A stretch of DNA of 64,000 nucleotides from Bacteroidota bacterium (GCA_947476145.1 CANJPH010000011.1:2663-66662); one strand, 5' to 3'. Counted from the stretch's first letter, positions 27,078-37,532 are shown. A program made the numbers and translations. Notes: generated by a model from the letters alone, not told the origin.

Positions 27078-28835
27078 TTATGGATGATTCACCACAAAGA
27101 TAGGCAATCGAGTTTGAGGTTGCCCTATCATTTGTTTGATGGATTTAAGCTGTTTCAATGCTTCCCATTCCTGCACACCTATTTCCTCCTGAATAGCCTT
27201 CGCTTTTACTTTGTCCTCATATCCTCCAATAAAGTCTTCAATAAATGATTTTCTTTCAGGATATGCTTTTATAGAATAGCTTTTTAACTTAGCCATTTTT
27301 GCTGCAGAAGCAATGGCGTCATCCAAATTGCCAATTCTATCTACCAAGCCCACTTTTAAAGCGTCGGTTCCAGTCCACACTCTTCCTTGTGCAATGGAGT
27401 CAATATATTCGATTGACTTTTTTCTTCCTGTTGCTACCCTTAATTTGAATGCATAATAAATACTATCAACCCCTGCTTGCATAAATCTTTGCTCTGTTGC
27501 ATTAAGGGCTCTTGAAGTGGTAGGGAAATCGGCATAATTAGATGTTTTTACGCCATCATATGTAATACCTAATTTGTTTTTCATAAAATTTCCAATATTC
27601 GGTACTACCGAAAACACACCTATCGATCCAGTGATGGTATTGGCATTAGCGAAAATAGAATCTGCATTACATGCAATATAATAACCGCCAGAAGCCGCAT
27701 AATTACCCATGCTCACCACGACTGGTTTTACTTTTTTCAATAATTCAATTTCTCTCCAAATAATATCACTTGCCAAAGCACTGCCACCAGGAGAATTAAT
27801 TCTTAAAACCACGGCACTAATGCTATTGTCATTTTTTATACTTTGTATTAAAGAACGATACTCATCACTGGCAATGCCATCCTTGTCACTTTTGCCCGTA
27901 TTGATATCTCCGTCGGCGTATATCACGGCAATCTTGTCGCTTCCTTTTCCTCTAATAGCAATGGCTGCCGAATATTCATTAATGCGAACGAATGAAATAT
28001 TTTGTGATTTAGCCACATTTAATTTTTTAGCAATTTCATTTTTCACTTGATCGTCATAATATAAACCATCAATTAAATGATGCACAACCGCATCATTAGG
28101 TGTTTGTATCATTGCTTTATCAGACCATGACTTTAAACTATCCACACTTACATTTCTTTGCTGCGCCGTACCATCAATAAAACTATTATAGATACCATTT
28201 AACCATTGACTGGTTTGCAATTTATTTTCTGCAGACATTTGTGCATACCTAAACGGCTCGGTGGCACTTTTAAATTTGCCTGCATAAAAAACCTGTGGTT
28301 CTATTTCCAATTTATCCAATAAGCCTTTTAAATACATGGTCTCATAGGAGAATCCGGTCCATTCTAACCCACCCTGAGGATGCGCATAAATTAAGTCGGC
28401 AGTATTTGCAATCCAATATCCTTTTTGTGAAATGGTTTCTCCAAATGCGATGATGAATTTTTTAGACTGTTTAAATTCCATTAATGCGGCTCTTATTTCT
28501 TCAGAAGCTGCAAATCCATTGGGATTCTCTTGGCATTTTAAATAAATTCCACGAATGGATGCATCCGTTTTTGCATATTGAATAAGAGAAATTAAATTAG
28601 ATAAGCTAGGCGTTTTACCTTTCTTTTTATCGAATAGTTCAGTATATACATCCTCCTTTGCTTGTTCAGAAAAATTTTCGGACAAATCAATCACTAAAAC
28701 GGAATTGGAAGGTATCACTACTTCCTCTTGGCTTGATAAAGCACCTATAATTGCAAATAGCAAAACAAAGCCGATAAAAATAAAAACAAAAAAGGCCAAT
28801 AAACTTGCAAAAAAAGATTTGAAAAATGAATTCAT
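27078..28835 (-). CDS. sppA: Signal peptide peptidase SppA (67K type)
   Basis: GKFKSATEP, RINSPGGSALASD, SMGNYAASGGYYIA, TITGSIGV, AQGRVWTG. Confidence 0.93.
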   Translation of the reverse strand: MNSFFKSFFASLLAFFVFIFIGFVLLFAIIGALSSQEEVVIPSNSVLVIDLSENFSEQAKEDVYTELFDKKKGKTPSLSNLISLIQYAKTDASIRGIYLKCQENPNGFAASEEIRAALMEFKQSKKFIIAFGETISQKGYWIANTADLIYAHPQGGLEWTGFSYETMYLKGLLDKLEIEPQVFYAGKFKSATEPFRYAQMSAENKLQTSQWLNGIYNSFIDGTAQQRNVSVDSLKSWSDKAMIQTPNDAVVHHLIDGLYYDDQVKNEIAKKLNVAKSQNISFVRINEYSAAIAIRGKGSDKIAVIYADGDINTGKSDKDGIASDEYRSLIQSIKNDNSISAVVLRINSPGGSALASDIIWREIELLKKVKPVVVSMGNYAASGGYYIACNADSIFANANTITGSIGVFSVVPNIGNFMKNKLGITYDGVKTSNYADFPTTSRALNATEQRFMQAGVDSIYYAFKLRVATGRKKSIEYIDSIAQGRVWTGTDALKVGLVDRIGNLDDAIASAAKMAKLKSYSIKAYPERKSFIEDFIGGYEDKVKAKAIQEEIGVQEWEALKQLKSIKQMIGQPQTRLPIFVVNHP

Positions 28836-28933
28836 AAATAAGGATTGAAAAAAGATGGAACAAAATAGCTACGCAATTAATACCGCTAACAAGGTAAAAA
28901 TATGAATAATTAGGCTACTTTTACCATCATTAT

Positions 28934-29419
28934 ATGAACAAAGTATACCTATTGATAGGTGGCAATATGGGCGATCGAATGGCGAATTTAGATAATGCAC
29001 TAAATTGGATGGAGTCAAGTCTTGGCAACATACTACTGTTGTCTTCCAGATACGAAACCGCTGCCTGGGGGTTTACCGAACAACCCCATTTTTTAAATCA
29101 AGCCGTTTTATTACAAACTCAGCTTGCATCCAATGATTTAATGTTGGCCATTTTAAACATTGAAAAAGCAATGGGGCGTGAAAGATCCATTCCCTTGGGC
29201 CCCAGGACTATTGACATTGATATTATTTATTTTAATGAAGAAATTATAGACAATTTCTCTGTTACCATCCCTCATCCAAAAATGACGGAGCGTCGTTTTG
29301 TATTATTGCCTTTAGTTGAAATCGCCCCCGACTATATACATCCTATTTTACATAAAAGCAATAGTGTATTGTTGAAAGAATGTGGAGATTCTTTAGCTGT
29401 GCATAAAAAAACACCCTAA
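28934..29419 (+). CDS. folK: 2-amino-4-hydroxy-6-hydroxymethyldihydropteridine diphosphokinase
   Basis: LLIGGNMG, FLNQAV, GPRTIDIDII, PHP, RRFVLLPL. Confidence 0.93.
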   Translation: MNKVYLLIGGNMGDRMANLDNALNWMESSLGNILLLSSRYETAAWGFTEQPHFLNQAVLLQTQLASNDLMLAILNIEKAMGRERSIPLGPRTIDIDIIYFNEEIIDNFSVTIPHPKMTERRFVLLPLVEIAPDYIHPILHKSNSVLLKECGDSLAVHKKTP

Positions 29420-29465
29420 AAAGCAAGGGAGATACTATATTTGAAGCTAGTAGCATAGTGAAAAT

Positions 29466-30098
29466 ATGAATCATCGTTTTATAGCCATTGAGGGGAATAT
29501 TGGAGCAGGAAAGACAACGCTTTCGCATTTATTATCTCAACATTATAATGCCAAATTAGTACTTGAAGAATTTGCTGAAAATCCTTTCTTGACTAAATTT
29601 TATGAGAACCCAAAACAATACGCATTCCCTTTAGAATTGTTTTTTTTAGCAGAGCGATTTAAACAACAGCAGGAATTGGTAAAAAACAAAGATCTGTTTC
29701 AGGAGGTGATGGTTTCGGATTACATTTTTATCAAATGTTTATTGTTTGCAAAAGTGAACTTACCCGAAGAAGAATTTAGATTGTACCAAAAAATGTTTGA
29801 TGTATTTTATCAGCAATTAACCCCACCCGATATTATTATTTACTTACACGCACCTGTCAATAGATTACAAAGCAATATCAAGAAAAGGAACCGAAAATTT
29901 GAACAAACCATCCCAGACGAGTACTTATTTAAAATACAAGAAACCTATACCAGTTATATCAAGCAACATAATGTAAAAACCATTTTTGTAGATGCTAGCA
30001 ACTCGGATTTCTTATACAATGAAGCCCATTTTAAGGTCATTACCGATGCCTTAGAAAAGGACTTAGAAGAAGGCCAGCACTATTTTAACCTGCCCTAA
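29466..30098 (+). CDS. Deoxynucleoside kinase
   Basis: IEGNIGAGKTTL, FFLAERF, IKKRNR lid. Confidence 0.9.
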   Translation: MNHRFIAIEGNIGAGKTTLSHLLSQHYNAKLVLEEFAENPFLTKFYENPKQYAFPLELFFLAERFKQQQELVKNKDLFQEVMVSDYIFIKCLLFAKVNLPEEEFRLYQKMFDVFYQQLTPPDIIIYLHAPVNRLQSNIKKRNRKFEQTIPDEYLFKIQETYTSYIKQHNVKTIFVDASNSDFLYNEAHFKVITDALEKDLEEGQHYFNLP

Positions 30099-30105
30099 AA
30101 CTATT

Positions 30106-31374
30106 ATGGAAACAACAAAAACCAATCAGCAACAAGACCCCTTTGGCGCCATTAAGGTGACTGAATTTAGGAACCTGATGATTGGGCGTTTCTTATTTAT
30201 CATGGGTTTAAGGATGATGGGCACTTTAGTAGGATGGTGGATATACGAACTCACCAAAGAACCCTTTGCTATTGGATTGATTGGACTCGCCGAAGTCATC
30301 CCTGCCGTTTCACTAGCCTTATATGCAGGACACGTCATTGACATAAGTGAAAAAAGGAAATTATTATTGAGAGGTGTGGTGCTATATTGGATTTGTGCAT
30401 TGGGTTTATTGGGACTCTCCATATACAATGACAAGACCGATCACAGTGTAAATCAAAACACCCTTGTTATTGCCATTGGTATTTACTTTATCATTTTTTG
30501 CTCGGGCATTATAAGGTCCTTTACAGGTCCTAGCTTTGGAACCATTGTGGGTTCTATCATGCCTAAACATTTATTACAAAATGCCACTACCTGGAGCCAA
30601 GGAATCTGGTTAAGCGCATCCATATTAGGACATGCCATTGTTGGATTTATCATCGCCGGCTTTGGCCATACTGGATCTTTGATTGTAGTAGTTACATTGG
30701 TGAGTATTGGCTTTATGTTTATCTCTAAAATAAATCCGCTGCCACCCCATGCCGATATTGTGGTAGATCAAAAACCAATGGAAAGTGTTAAGGAAGGTTT
30801 GAGGTATGTATATAACACTAAAGAATTATTGGGTGCATTGTCACTAGATTTATTTGCCGTTTTATTTGGAGGTGCGGTTGCTATGATTCCTGTGTTTGCA
30901 AAAGATATTTTAAATGTGGGTCCTATTGGATTTGGCTGGCTTAATGCTGCTGCAGATATAGGCGCCATGTTGATAATTTTTATCATCACTATATTCCCTG
31001 TGCACTCAGGTCAAGGAAAAAAATTATTGATTGCAGTGGGAGGTTTTGGAATTTGTATAATTGTATTTGCATTGTCTAAAATTTTCTGGATTTCCTTTGC
31101 AGCACTTGTATTAAGTGGGATCCTTGATGGATTTAGCATGATTGTTCGCGGCACCATTGTACAATTAAAAACCCCAGACCACATGCGTGGCAGAGTAATG
31201 AGTGTAAACTCCATGTTTATTAATAGTAGTAACGAGCTGGGACAATTTGAAAGTGGCGTGGCCGCTAAATTAATGGGCGTAATTCCTTCGGTAGTATTTG
31301 GTGGTACAATGACAATACTTGTGGTATTTACCACCTGGTTTAAAGCGCCAAGTTTAAGAAAAATGGAGTACTAG
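30106..31374 (+). CDS. MFS transporter
   Basis: Twelve hydrophobic segments; LDLFAVLFGGAVA, TPDHMRGRV, SNELGQFESG. Confidence 0.88.
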   Translation: METTKTNQQQDPFGAIKVTEFRNLMIGRFLFIMGLRMMGTLVGWWIYELTKEPFAIGLIGLAEVIPAVSLALYAGHVIDISEKRKLLLRGVVLYWICALGLLGLSIYNDKTDHSVNQNTLVIAIGIYFIIFCSGIIRSFTGPSFGTIVGSIMPKHLLQNATTWSQGIWLSASILGHAIVGFIIAGFGHTGSLIVVVTLVSIGFMFISKINPLPPHADIVVDQKPMESVKEGLRYVYNTKELLGALSLDLFAVLFGGAVAMIPVFAKDILNVGPIGFGWLNAAADIGAMLIIFIITIFPVHSGQGKKLLIAVGGFGICIIVFALSKIFWISFAALVLSGILDGFSMIVRGTIVQLKTPDHMRGRVMSVNSMFINSSNELGQFESGVAAKLMGVIPSVVFGGTMTILVVFTTWFKAPSLRKMEY

Positions 31375-31406
31375 TTTCGCGTTAGTGAGAAAGAATAACT
31401 TAAATT

Positions 31407-31889
31407 TTATTTCGCTAAAAGACCAATCATCACATCATGCACAGCAGGACAAAATTCTGCATTCTTCATAGTAATTGCACTGCGTTTAAAAAACACATCT
31501 TCATCGGTATAAGGAAACCTTTCACAATCCGATGGTCGATAATCATAAATGCCACAAGTATTATCGGAGGCTAAAAAAGGGCAGGGTTTTGTCCGCACTA
31601 CATAATCACCTTCACTATCCATAGACAAATACTTTTCAATAAAAGAGACTTCCTTCATCCCCATGGCCTTACTTACTCTTTTGATATCGGGCATTTTAAA
31701 GCGGGGTGAGTAATTTTTACAACATCTGGCACAATCCAAGCAGTTTACTTTTTCAAATGCCGCATCATGTAAATCGGGTAATTGTTTTAAAATGACACGC
31801 TTGTCCACCCTTTTCAAAAAATTTTGAAACTTTTTGAGTATCTCCGGGGCGGGGGTTTCGTATAAATGTTCAACAGAAGGGTCCATCAT
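31407..31889 (-). CDS. YkgJ-family cysteine cluster (Fe-S/Zn) protein
   Basis: CLDCARCC, PCPFL, CGIYDYRPSDCERFP, CPAV. Confidence 0.82.
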   Translation of the reverse strand: MMDPSVEHLYETPAPEILKKFQNFLKRVDKRVILKQLPDLHDAAFEKVNCLDCARCCKNYSPRFKMPDIKRVSKAMGMKEVSFIEKYLSMDSEGDYVVRTKPCPFLASDNTCGIYDYRPSDCERFPYTDEDVFFKRSAITMKNAEFCPAVHDVMIGLLAK

Positions 31890-31950
31890 AGACCAAAAGT
31901 AATCTTTTTATAGTTCTTCCACAAGCTTTCCCCACCTCCTTTAAAAGCAT

Positions 31951-31980
31951 TTTGAAGCCTATGATAATTAAGTATCTTTG
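31951..31980 (+). promoter_or_regulatory. Bacteroidota sigmaA promoter of gcvP (-33 TTTG, -7 TATCTTTG)
   Basis: TTTG at 31951-31954 and TATCTTTG at 31973-31980, 18 nt apart. Confidence 0.65.
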
Positions 31981-32003
31981 TGACCATTTAAAACCCTTCT
32001 TTT

Positions 32004-34862
32004 ATGTTGCAATCAAGTACAAGTGGCGCAGAGTTTATCAAAAGACATATTGGACCCAATGACGCTGACACACAAAAAATGTTAGAAGCGATTGGCGCAA
32101 AATCTTTGAACGAATTAATTGAAAAAACAGTTCCTAATATTATTCGCTTAAAAAAGCCAATGAATATTCCTAGTGGATTGTCTGAATTTGAAATGTTACA
32201 ATCACTTAAAGTAATTGGTGAAAAAAATATAATTGCAAAAAACTATATTGGACAAGGTTACTATGGCACCATTACACCTAGTGTAATTCTTAGAAATATT
32301 TTTGAAAACCCAGGTTGGTATACTCAATACACTCCCTACCAAGCAGAAATTGCACAAGGTCGTTTAGAAAGTTTATTAAACTACCAAACCATGGTATCCG
32401 ATTTAACAGGACTTCCTATTGCAAACGCTTCTTTATTAGACGAAGCTACTGCAGCTGCCGAAGCCATGGCCATGATTTTTAATCATGTGAACAAATCAGA
32501 TAATATTACCCAACCTAAATTATTTGTTGACGGCGCTATTTTCCAACAAACCAAGGATGTATTGGCTACACGAGCAACTCCAATTGGCGTTCAATTAGTA
32601 GAAGGTGATTATCAATCTGCACAAATTGACGGTAGTTTCTTTGGTGCCATTTTACAATATCCAAATAGCAAGGGTAGCATTGAAAACTATGAAACATTTA
32701 TTAACCAAGTGCATGCGGTGGGCGGCTTGGTAATTTTAGTAGCAGATATTTTAGCATTGACCTTATTAAAAAGCCCAGGCGAATTAAATGCCGATGTTGC
32801 TGTGGGTAACTCACAACGTTTTGGTGTACCCATGGGTTTTGGCGGACCCCATGCAGCTTACTTTGCTACAAAAGATGAATTTAAAAGAGGAATGCCGGGT
32901 CGTTTAATTGGAGTAAGTGTGGATGCACAAGGTAACCGTGCATTGAGAATGGCATTACAAACACGTGAGCAACATATTAAACGCGAAAAGGCAACTTCTA
33001 ATATTTGCACGGCACAGGCATTGCTTGCCAATATGGCCGTAATGTATGCCGTGTATCATGGTCCGGCTGGAATAAAAAAGATTGCCGAAAAAGTGCATGG
33101 CTTAACGCAAAGCTTGGATCAGCAATTACAATCTTTAGGATTACAACAATCCAATCATTTTTATTTTGATACTTTATTAGTGACTGGATTTGATACTGCT
33201 ACTTTGCAAGTATTAGCAAAAGAAGCGCAAATTAATTTTAACTATCATAATAATGGAAGCATTGGCATTACTTTAGACGAAACCACTTCGGTAAGCGATG
33301 TTCAAGCCATTGTTGCTTTATTTGAAAAATTGACTGGCAAAAAATCAAACGCTACCAACGCCGCCGTTAAAAATGCAAATATTCAAGCCGAATTAGTGAG
33401 AACTTCTAGCTATTTATTACACCCTGTATTTAATACGCACCATAGTGAAACACAAATGATGCGTTATATTAAACAATTAGAGAACAAGGATCTTTCTCTA
33501 AATACCAGCATGATTAGTTTAGGAAGTTGTACAATGAAATTAAACGCGGCTACCGAAATGATTCCTGTTAGCTGGCCTGCTTTTAGTAGTATGCACCCTT
33601 TTGCACCTAGTCATCAAACACTAGGTTATCAAGAAATGGCAAAAGAACTAAGCGCTTATTTATGTGAAACGACCGGCTTCACTGCTTGTAGCTTACAACC
33701 TAATAGTGGTGCGCAAGGTGAATATGCTGGTTTATTAACCATTCGTTCTTATCATCATGCACGCAATGAATCACATAGAGATATTGTGTTAATCCCAATT
33801 AGTGCCCACGGTACCAATCCTGCAAGTGCAGTAATGGCTGGATTTAAAGTAGTAGTGGTAGCCTGTGATGCAGCAGGCAATATAGATGTTGCCGACTTAA
33901 CTGCTAAAGCAACTTTACACAAGGAAAACTTAGGTGGTTTAATGATTACTTATCCAAGTACACACGGTGTATTTGAAGAAACAATTATGGATATTTGTCA
34001 AACCATTCATGACCTTGGTGGTTTAGTATATATGGATGGCGCAAACATGAATGCGCAAGTTGGTTTAACGAGCCCAGGAAATATTGGTGCCGATGTTTGT
34101 CACTTAAACTTACACAAAACATTCGCCATCCCTCACGGTGGTGGTGGACCTGGCATGGGACCCATTTGTGTGAATGATAAATTAGCGCCCTACTTACCTA
34201 GTCATAATTATAATGGCAATAGCGCAAATGCAGTGAGTGCAGCTCCTTTAGGATCCGCCAGTATTTTGTTAATTAGTTATGCTTACATAAAAATGTTAGG
34301 CGCAGAAGGTTTAACCCTGTCTACTGCTTATGCCATTATGAATGCCAACTATATGAAATCAAGATTAGAGCAATGCTATCCTATTTTATACGCGGGTAAA
34401 AATGGCACTTGTGCGCATGAATTTATTATTGACCTAAGACCCTTTAAAATAACGGCTGGCATTGAAGCAGAAGATGTAGCAAAACGTTTAATTGATTATG
34501 GCTTCCACGCACCAACCATGAGCTTCCCAGTTGCGGGTACCATTATGATTGAACCAACAGAAAGCGAAGACAAGGCAGAATTAGACCGCTTTTGTGATGC
34601 CTTAATTGGAATTTATCATGAAATTAAAGCGATTGAAAACGGAGCATTAGATAAAACAGATAATCCATTGAAAAATGCACCGCATACTCAAAAAGTAATT
34701 TGTGCAGAAGACTGGAATCATGCTTATTCAAGACAAACCGCAGCATTCCCTTTACCATATGTTGCAGAAACTAAGTTCTGGCCAACCGTTGCAAGAGTTA
34801 ATAATACCCATGGAGATCGTAATTTAATTTGTACTTGTGAGCCCGTTGCTTCTTATGCTTAA
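32004..34862 (+). CDS. gcvP: Glycine dehydrogenase (decarboxylating), glycine cleavage P protein
   Basis: FIKRHIGP, WYTQYTPYQAEIAQGRLE, KATSNICTAQ, HLNLHKTF PLP site, MIEPTESE. Confidence 0.97.
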   Translation: MLQSSTSGAEFIKRHIGPNDADTQKMLEAIGAKSLNELIEKTVPNIIRLKKPMNIPSGLSEFEMLQSLKVIGEKNIIAKNYIGQGYYGTITPSVILRNIFENPGWYTQYTPYQAEIAQGRLESLLNYQTMVSDLTGLPIANASLLDEATAAAEAMAMIFNHVNKSDNITQPKLFVDGAIFQQTKDVLATRATPIGVQLVEGDYQSAQIDGSFFGAILQYPNSKGSIENYETFINQVHAVGGLVILVADILALTLLKSPGELNADVAVGNSQRFGVPMGFGGPHAAYFATKDEFKRGMPGRLIGVSVDAQGNRALRMALQTREQHIKREKATSNICTAQALLANMAVMYAVYHGPAGIKKIAEKVHGLTQSLDQQLQSLGLQQSNHFYFDTLLVTGFDTATLQVLAKEAQINFNYHNNGSIGITLDETTSVSDVQAIVALFEKLTGKKSNATNAAVKNANIQAELVRTSSYLLHPVFNTHHSETQMMRYIKQLENKDLSLNTSMISLGSCTMKLNAATEMIPVSWPAFSSMHPFAPSHQTLGYQEMAKELSAYLCETTGFTACSLQPNSGAQGEYAGLLTIRSYHHARNESHRDIVLIPISAHGTNPASAVMAGFKVVVVACDAAGNIDVADLTAKATLHKENLGGLMITYPSTHGVFEETIMDICQTIHDLGGLVYMDGANMNAQVGLTSPGNIGADVCHLNLHKTFAIPHGGGGPGMGPICVNDKLAPYLPSHNYNGNSANAVSAAPLGSASILLISYAYIKMLGAEGLTLSTAYAIMNANYMKSRLEQCYPILYAGKNGTCAHEFIIDLRPFKITAGIEAEDVAKRLIDYGFHAPTMSFPVAGTIMIEPTESEDKAELDRFCDALIGIYHEIKAIENGALDKTDNPLKNAPHTQKVICAEDWNHAYSRQTAAFPLPYVAETKFWPTVARVNNTHGDRNLICTCEPVASYA

Positions 34863-34917
34863 TTGCAACTAAGGTTTTCTGAATTTACAAATTCTATAAT
34901 ACCAGATTTATACTTAT

Positions 34918-34951
34918 AAAAAAAGCCTCGTCTCATTAGACGGGGCTTTTT
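34918..34951 (+). terminator. Intrinsic terminator after gcvP
   Basis: GCCTCGTCT-CATT-AGACGGGGC stem (one G.U pair) flanked by A7 and T5. Confidence 0.8.
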
Positions 34952-35008
34952 AGTAATTGGGGGAAAGATAATTGCAAGGAGGAATAAGCGACTACTTATT
35001 CAACTATA

Positions 35009-35422
35009 TTAATAAGTATCGGCAATGGTGCTGGCCTTATGATTCCCATTTAACATAAACTCATATAAGCCTATAATTTTTTCCTTATCTTTTAACACTA
35101 CATTCAATTTTTCAACATCAGATGCTAAAGATTTTAATTTTCGATTCTCCGATTCATATCGGTTGCTAAACTCTCCAACTTTTGAAATGGGTTGAGACTC
35201 CATTTCATCTAAAATCATTTCACCTTCCCCAGTGAGCACCCATAGCATATTTAAATCGGGGTAGTTGTCGTGAATTTTGACTAGGATGTCCGAGCCCACT
35301 GATCCTAAGTTTTTAATTTGCTTTGAAAAATACCCATTGGATAAATGAATTTTTCTTTCAAAGAAATGAGGAGTGATTGCTCTAAATTGCAAATACATTG
35401 CGAGTCTTTCAATTGGTTTCAT
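35009..35422 (-). CDS. XRE/phage-CI-like helix-turn-helix protein with C-terminal coiled coil
   Basis: FERKIHLSNGYF HTH-like segment, YPDLNMLWVLTGEGEM motif typical of Bacteroidota repressor-like proteins, heptad-like C-terminus. Confidence 0.7.
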   Translation of the reverse strand: MKPIERLAMYLQFRAITPHFFERKIHLSNGYFSKQIKNLGSVGSDILVKIHDNYPDLNMLWVLTGEGEMILDEMESQPISKVGEFSNRYESENRKLKSLASDVEKLNVVLKDKEKIIGLYEFMLNGNHKASTIADTY

Positions 35423-35487
35423 AATATTTTATTTAATTGGTAATAGAACATATCCAATATTAAAAATATTATATAAGCCATATTTAA

Positions 35488-35523
35488 AACATAGGCCTCA
35501 TTTTACTTGAACATAGGCCTCAT
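35488..35523. repeat. Two perfect 14-bp direct repeats AACATAGGCCTCAT, 22 bp apart
   Basis: Copies at 35488-35501 and 35510-35523, each with the palindromic core AGGCCT. Confidence 0.85.
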
Positions 35524-35536
35524 ATTTTATTAAATC

Positions 35537-37453
35537 CTATTGTTTTTCGCTTAATTCTAACCATCTAATCTCCGCCAATTCCAATGCTGCATTGACTTCT
35601 GTGAGTTTTTCACTAATGGAAATAATTTCCTCGTAATTTAAATGGGTACTATTTAATTGAGCTGTAAAAGTTGTTTTCTTTTCTTCTAGAAGGGGCATTT
35701 CCTTATTTAAGGTCTCGAATTCTAGTTTTTCTTTGTACGTCATTTTCTCTGCCGCCTTCTTTTCTAAAGATGCAGCATTGGTTTTAATTGGTTGCTCAAC
35801 TGGAACGACCACATGCTCTTTTGACGAGCTTATATCTGAGCTTACCGAGGCATAGCTTTGTTTAGATTTTTCCAGTATCCTAAACTGTGTATAATTTCCT
35901 GGATAATCTCGAATGACTCCATCCCCTTCGAAGATAAATAAGTGATCTACTAATTTATCCATAAAGTATCGGTCATGCGATACCAATAACACACATCCAG
36001 CATAGTCTAATAAAAATTGTTCTAGTACGGCTAGGGTTGGTAAATCCAAATCGTTGGTAGGCTCATCCAATATCAAGAAATTAGGATTCTTAAACAATAT
36101 GGTAAGCAATTGTAAACGTTTTTTCTCTCCTCCACTTAATGCACTTAAATAAGTGTATTGCTTATCGGGGGTAAATAAAAATAATTCTAAAAATTGTGCT
36201 GCACTTAAGGAACCTCCACTTGCTAAAGGAAATTGTTCGGCAAAAGTTTTTAAATACTCAATAACGCGCATATCCTTTTTATACACTAACCCCTCTTGTG
36301 AAAAGTGGCCAAACACGATTGTATCCCCCACATTTATTTTACCACTATCCGGCTGTGTGATACCTTGTAATATTTGTAAAAAAGTACTCTTACCCACTCC
36401 GTTCTTGCCCACAACGCCAATGCGCTCCCCTTTGCTAAATGTATAATCAAAACCCTTTAATACTACTAAGTCGCCATAGGATTTATACACTTTTTTGGCC
36501 TCAATAATTTTTCCTCCCAATCTGGTCATTTTCATGTCTAATTGCAAATTGGTTTCATCAATTTTTTGTTTGGCCCTGGCTTCTACCTCATAAAAATTAT
36601 CCTGTCTACTCTTACTCTTGGTTGTTCTTGCTTTGGGCTGCTTTCGCATCCACTCTAATTCCTTCCTAAATGTATTCTTTGCTTTATCAATACTTGCTAA
36701 TTCCGATTCTATACGTGCTGCCTTTTTTTCTAAATAATTTTCGTAGTCCCCTTTGTAACTATACAATTTCTCCCGCTCCATTTCCCAAATCTCATCCGTT
36801 ACCGCTTCTAAAAAATATCGATCATGCGATACCAATAATAAGGTTACCTTTTCTTGTTCCAAATAGTTCTCTAACCACTCAATCATATTTAAATCCAAAT
36901 GGTTGGTGGGTTCATCCATTAACAATAAAACATGCTTAGGTTCAAAACCAATTTGAATTAATGTTTTTGCTAAGGAAACCCGCTTTCGTTGGCCTCCACT
37001 TAATTTAGAAACCGGCTGCTCTAAATGATGAATATTTAATTGGGTTAAAATGGTTTTTACTTTCGATTCAAAATCCCAGGCATTGTTTTCTTCCATTTCC
37101 ATAATGGAATTGGTTATCAAATCCTCATCCTCCGATTCCATGGCCATTTCATAATTACTAATGGCCTTCATGGTAGGATGATGCTGATTAAAAAGGTTCT
37201 GTGTCACGGTAGCCGTTTCAATAAACTGAGGCTCCTGTTCAAACATCACCAAATGAACGTCCTTGTGAATTTTACAAGTACCTTCATCTGGGTGCTCTTT
37301 CCCCGATAAAATATTCAATAAAGTGCTTTTACCAACGCCATTTCGGGCAATTAAGGCAATTCGGTCTCCTTCATTTATATTAAAGCTAATGCCCTTAAAA
37401 AGGGGGGTAATTCCATAACTTTTAGTGAGTCCTTCTACTGATACATAATGCAT
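35537..37453 (-). CDS. ABC-F family ATP-binding protein (Uup-like)
   Basis: Two ABC cassettes (RNGVGKST, LSGGQRKR, DEPTNHLD; GKNGVGKST, LSGGEKKR), no TM segments, C-terminal coiled coil. Start ATG 37453; TATCTTTG at 37458-37465. Confidence 0.92.
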   Translation of the reverse strand: MHYVSVEGLTKSYGITPLFKGISFNINEGDRIALIARNGVGKSTLLNILSGKEHPDEGTCKIHKDVHLVMFEQEPQFIETATVTQNLFNQHHPTMKAISNYEMAMESEDEDLITNSIMEMEENNAWDFESKVKTILTQLNIHHLEQPVSKLSGGQRKRVSLAKTLIQIGFEPKHVLLLMDEPTNHLDLNMIEWLENYLEQEKVTLLLVSHDRYFLEAVTDEIWEMEREKLYSYKGDYENYLEKKAARIESELASIDKAKNTFRKELEWMRKQPKARTTKSKSRQDNFYEVEARAKQKIDETNLQLDMKMTRLGGKIIEAKKVYKSYGDLVVLKGFDYTFSKGERIGVVGKNGVGKSTFLQILQGITQPDSGKINVGDTIVFGHFSQEGLVYKKDMRVIEYLKTFAEQFPLASGGSLSAAQFLELFLFTPDKQYTYLSALSGGEKKRLQLLTILFKNPNFLILDEPTNDLDLPTLAVLEQFLLDYAGCVLLVSHDRYFMDKLVDHLFIFEGDGVIRDYPGNYTQFRILEKSKQSYASVSSDISSSKEHVVVPVEQPIKTNAASLEKKAAEKMTYKEKLEFETLNKEMPLLEEKKTTFTAQLNSTHLNYEEIISISEKLTEVNAALELAEIRWLELSEKQ

Positions 37454-37532
37454 GGCGCAAAGATAAGCTCCACATGCAAGGAAGCCGTATTTTATTGTAC
37501 TTTTGTCCTCAACAAACTTAAATAGTTTACAA

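Noticed and set aside
31890-32003. Glycine riboswitch upstream of gcvP
   Set aside because: The promoter lies only 23 nt before the ATG, leaving no room for an aptamer.
35447-35523. CRISPR array
   Set aside because: Repeats are 14 bp with 8-bp spacing and only two perfect copies; no cas genes.
34863-35536. Prophage or integrated element around the repressor-like gene
   Set aside because: No integrase, structural genes or flanking att-like repeats.
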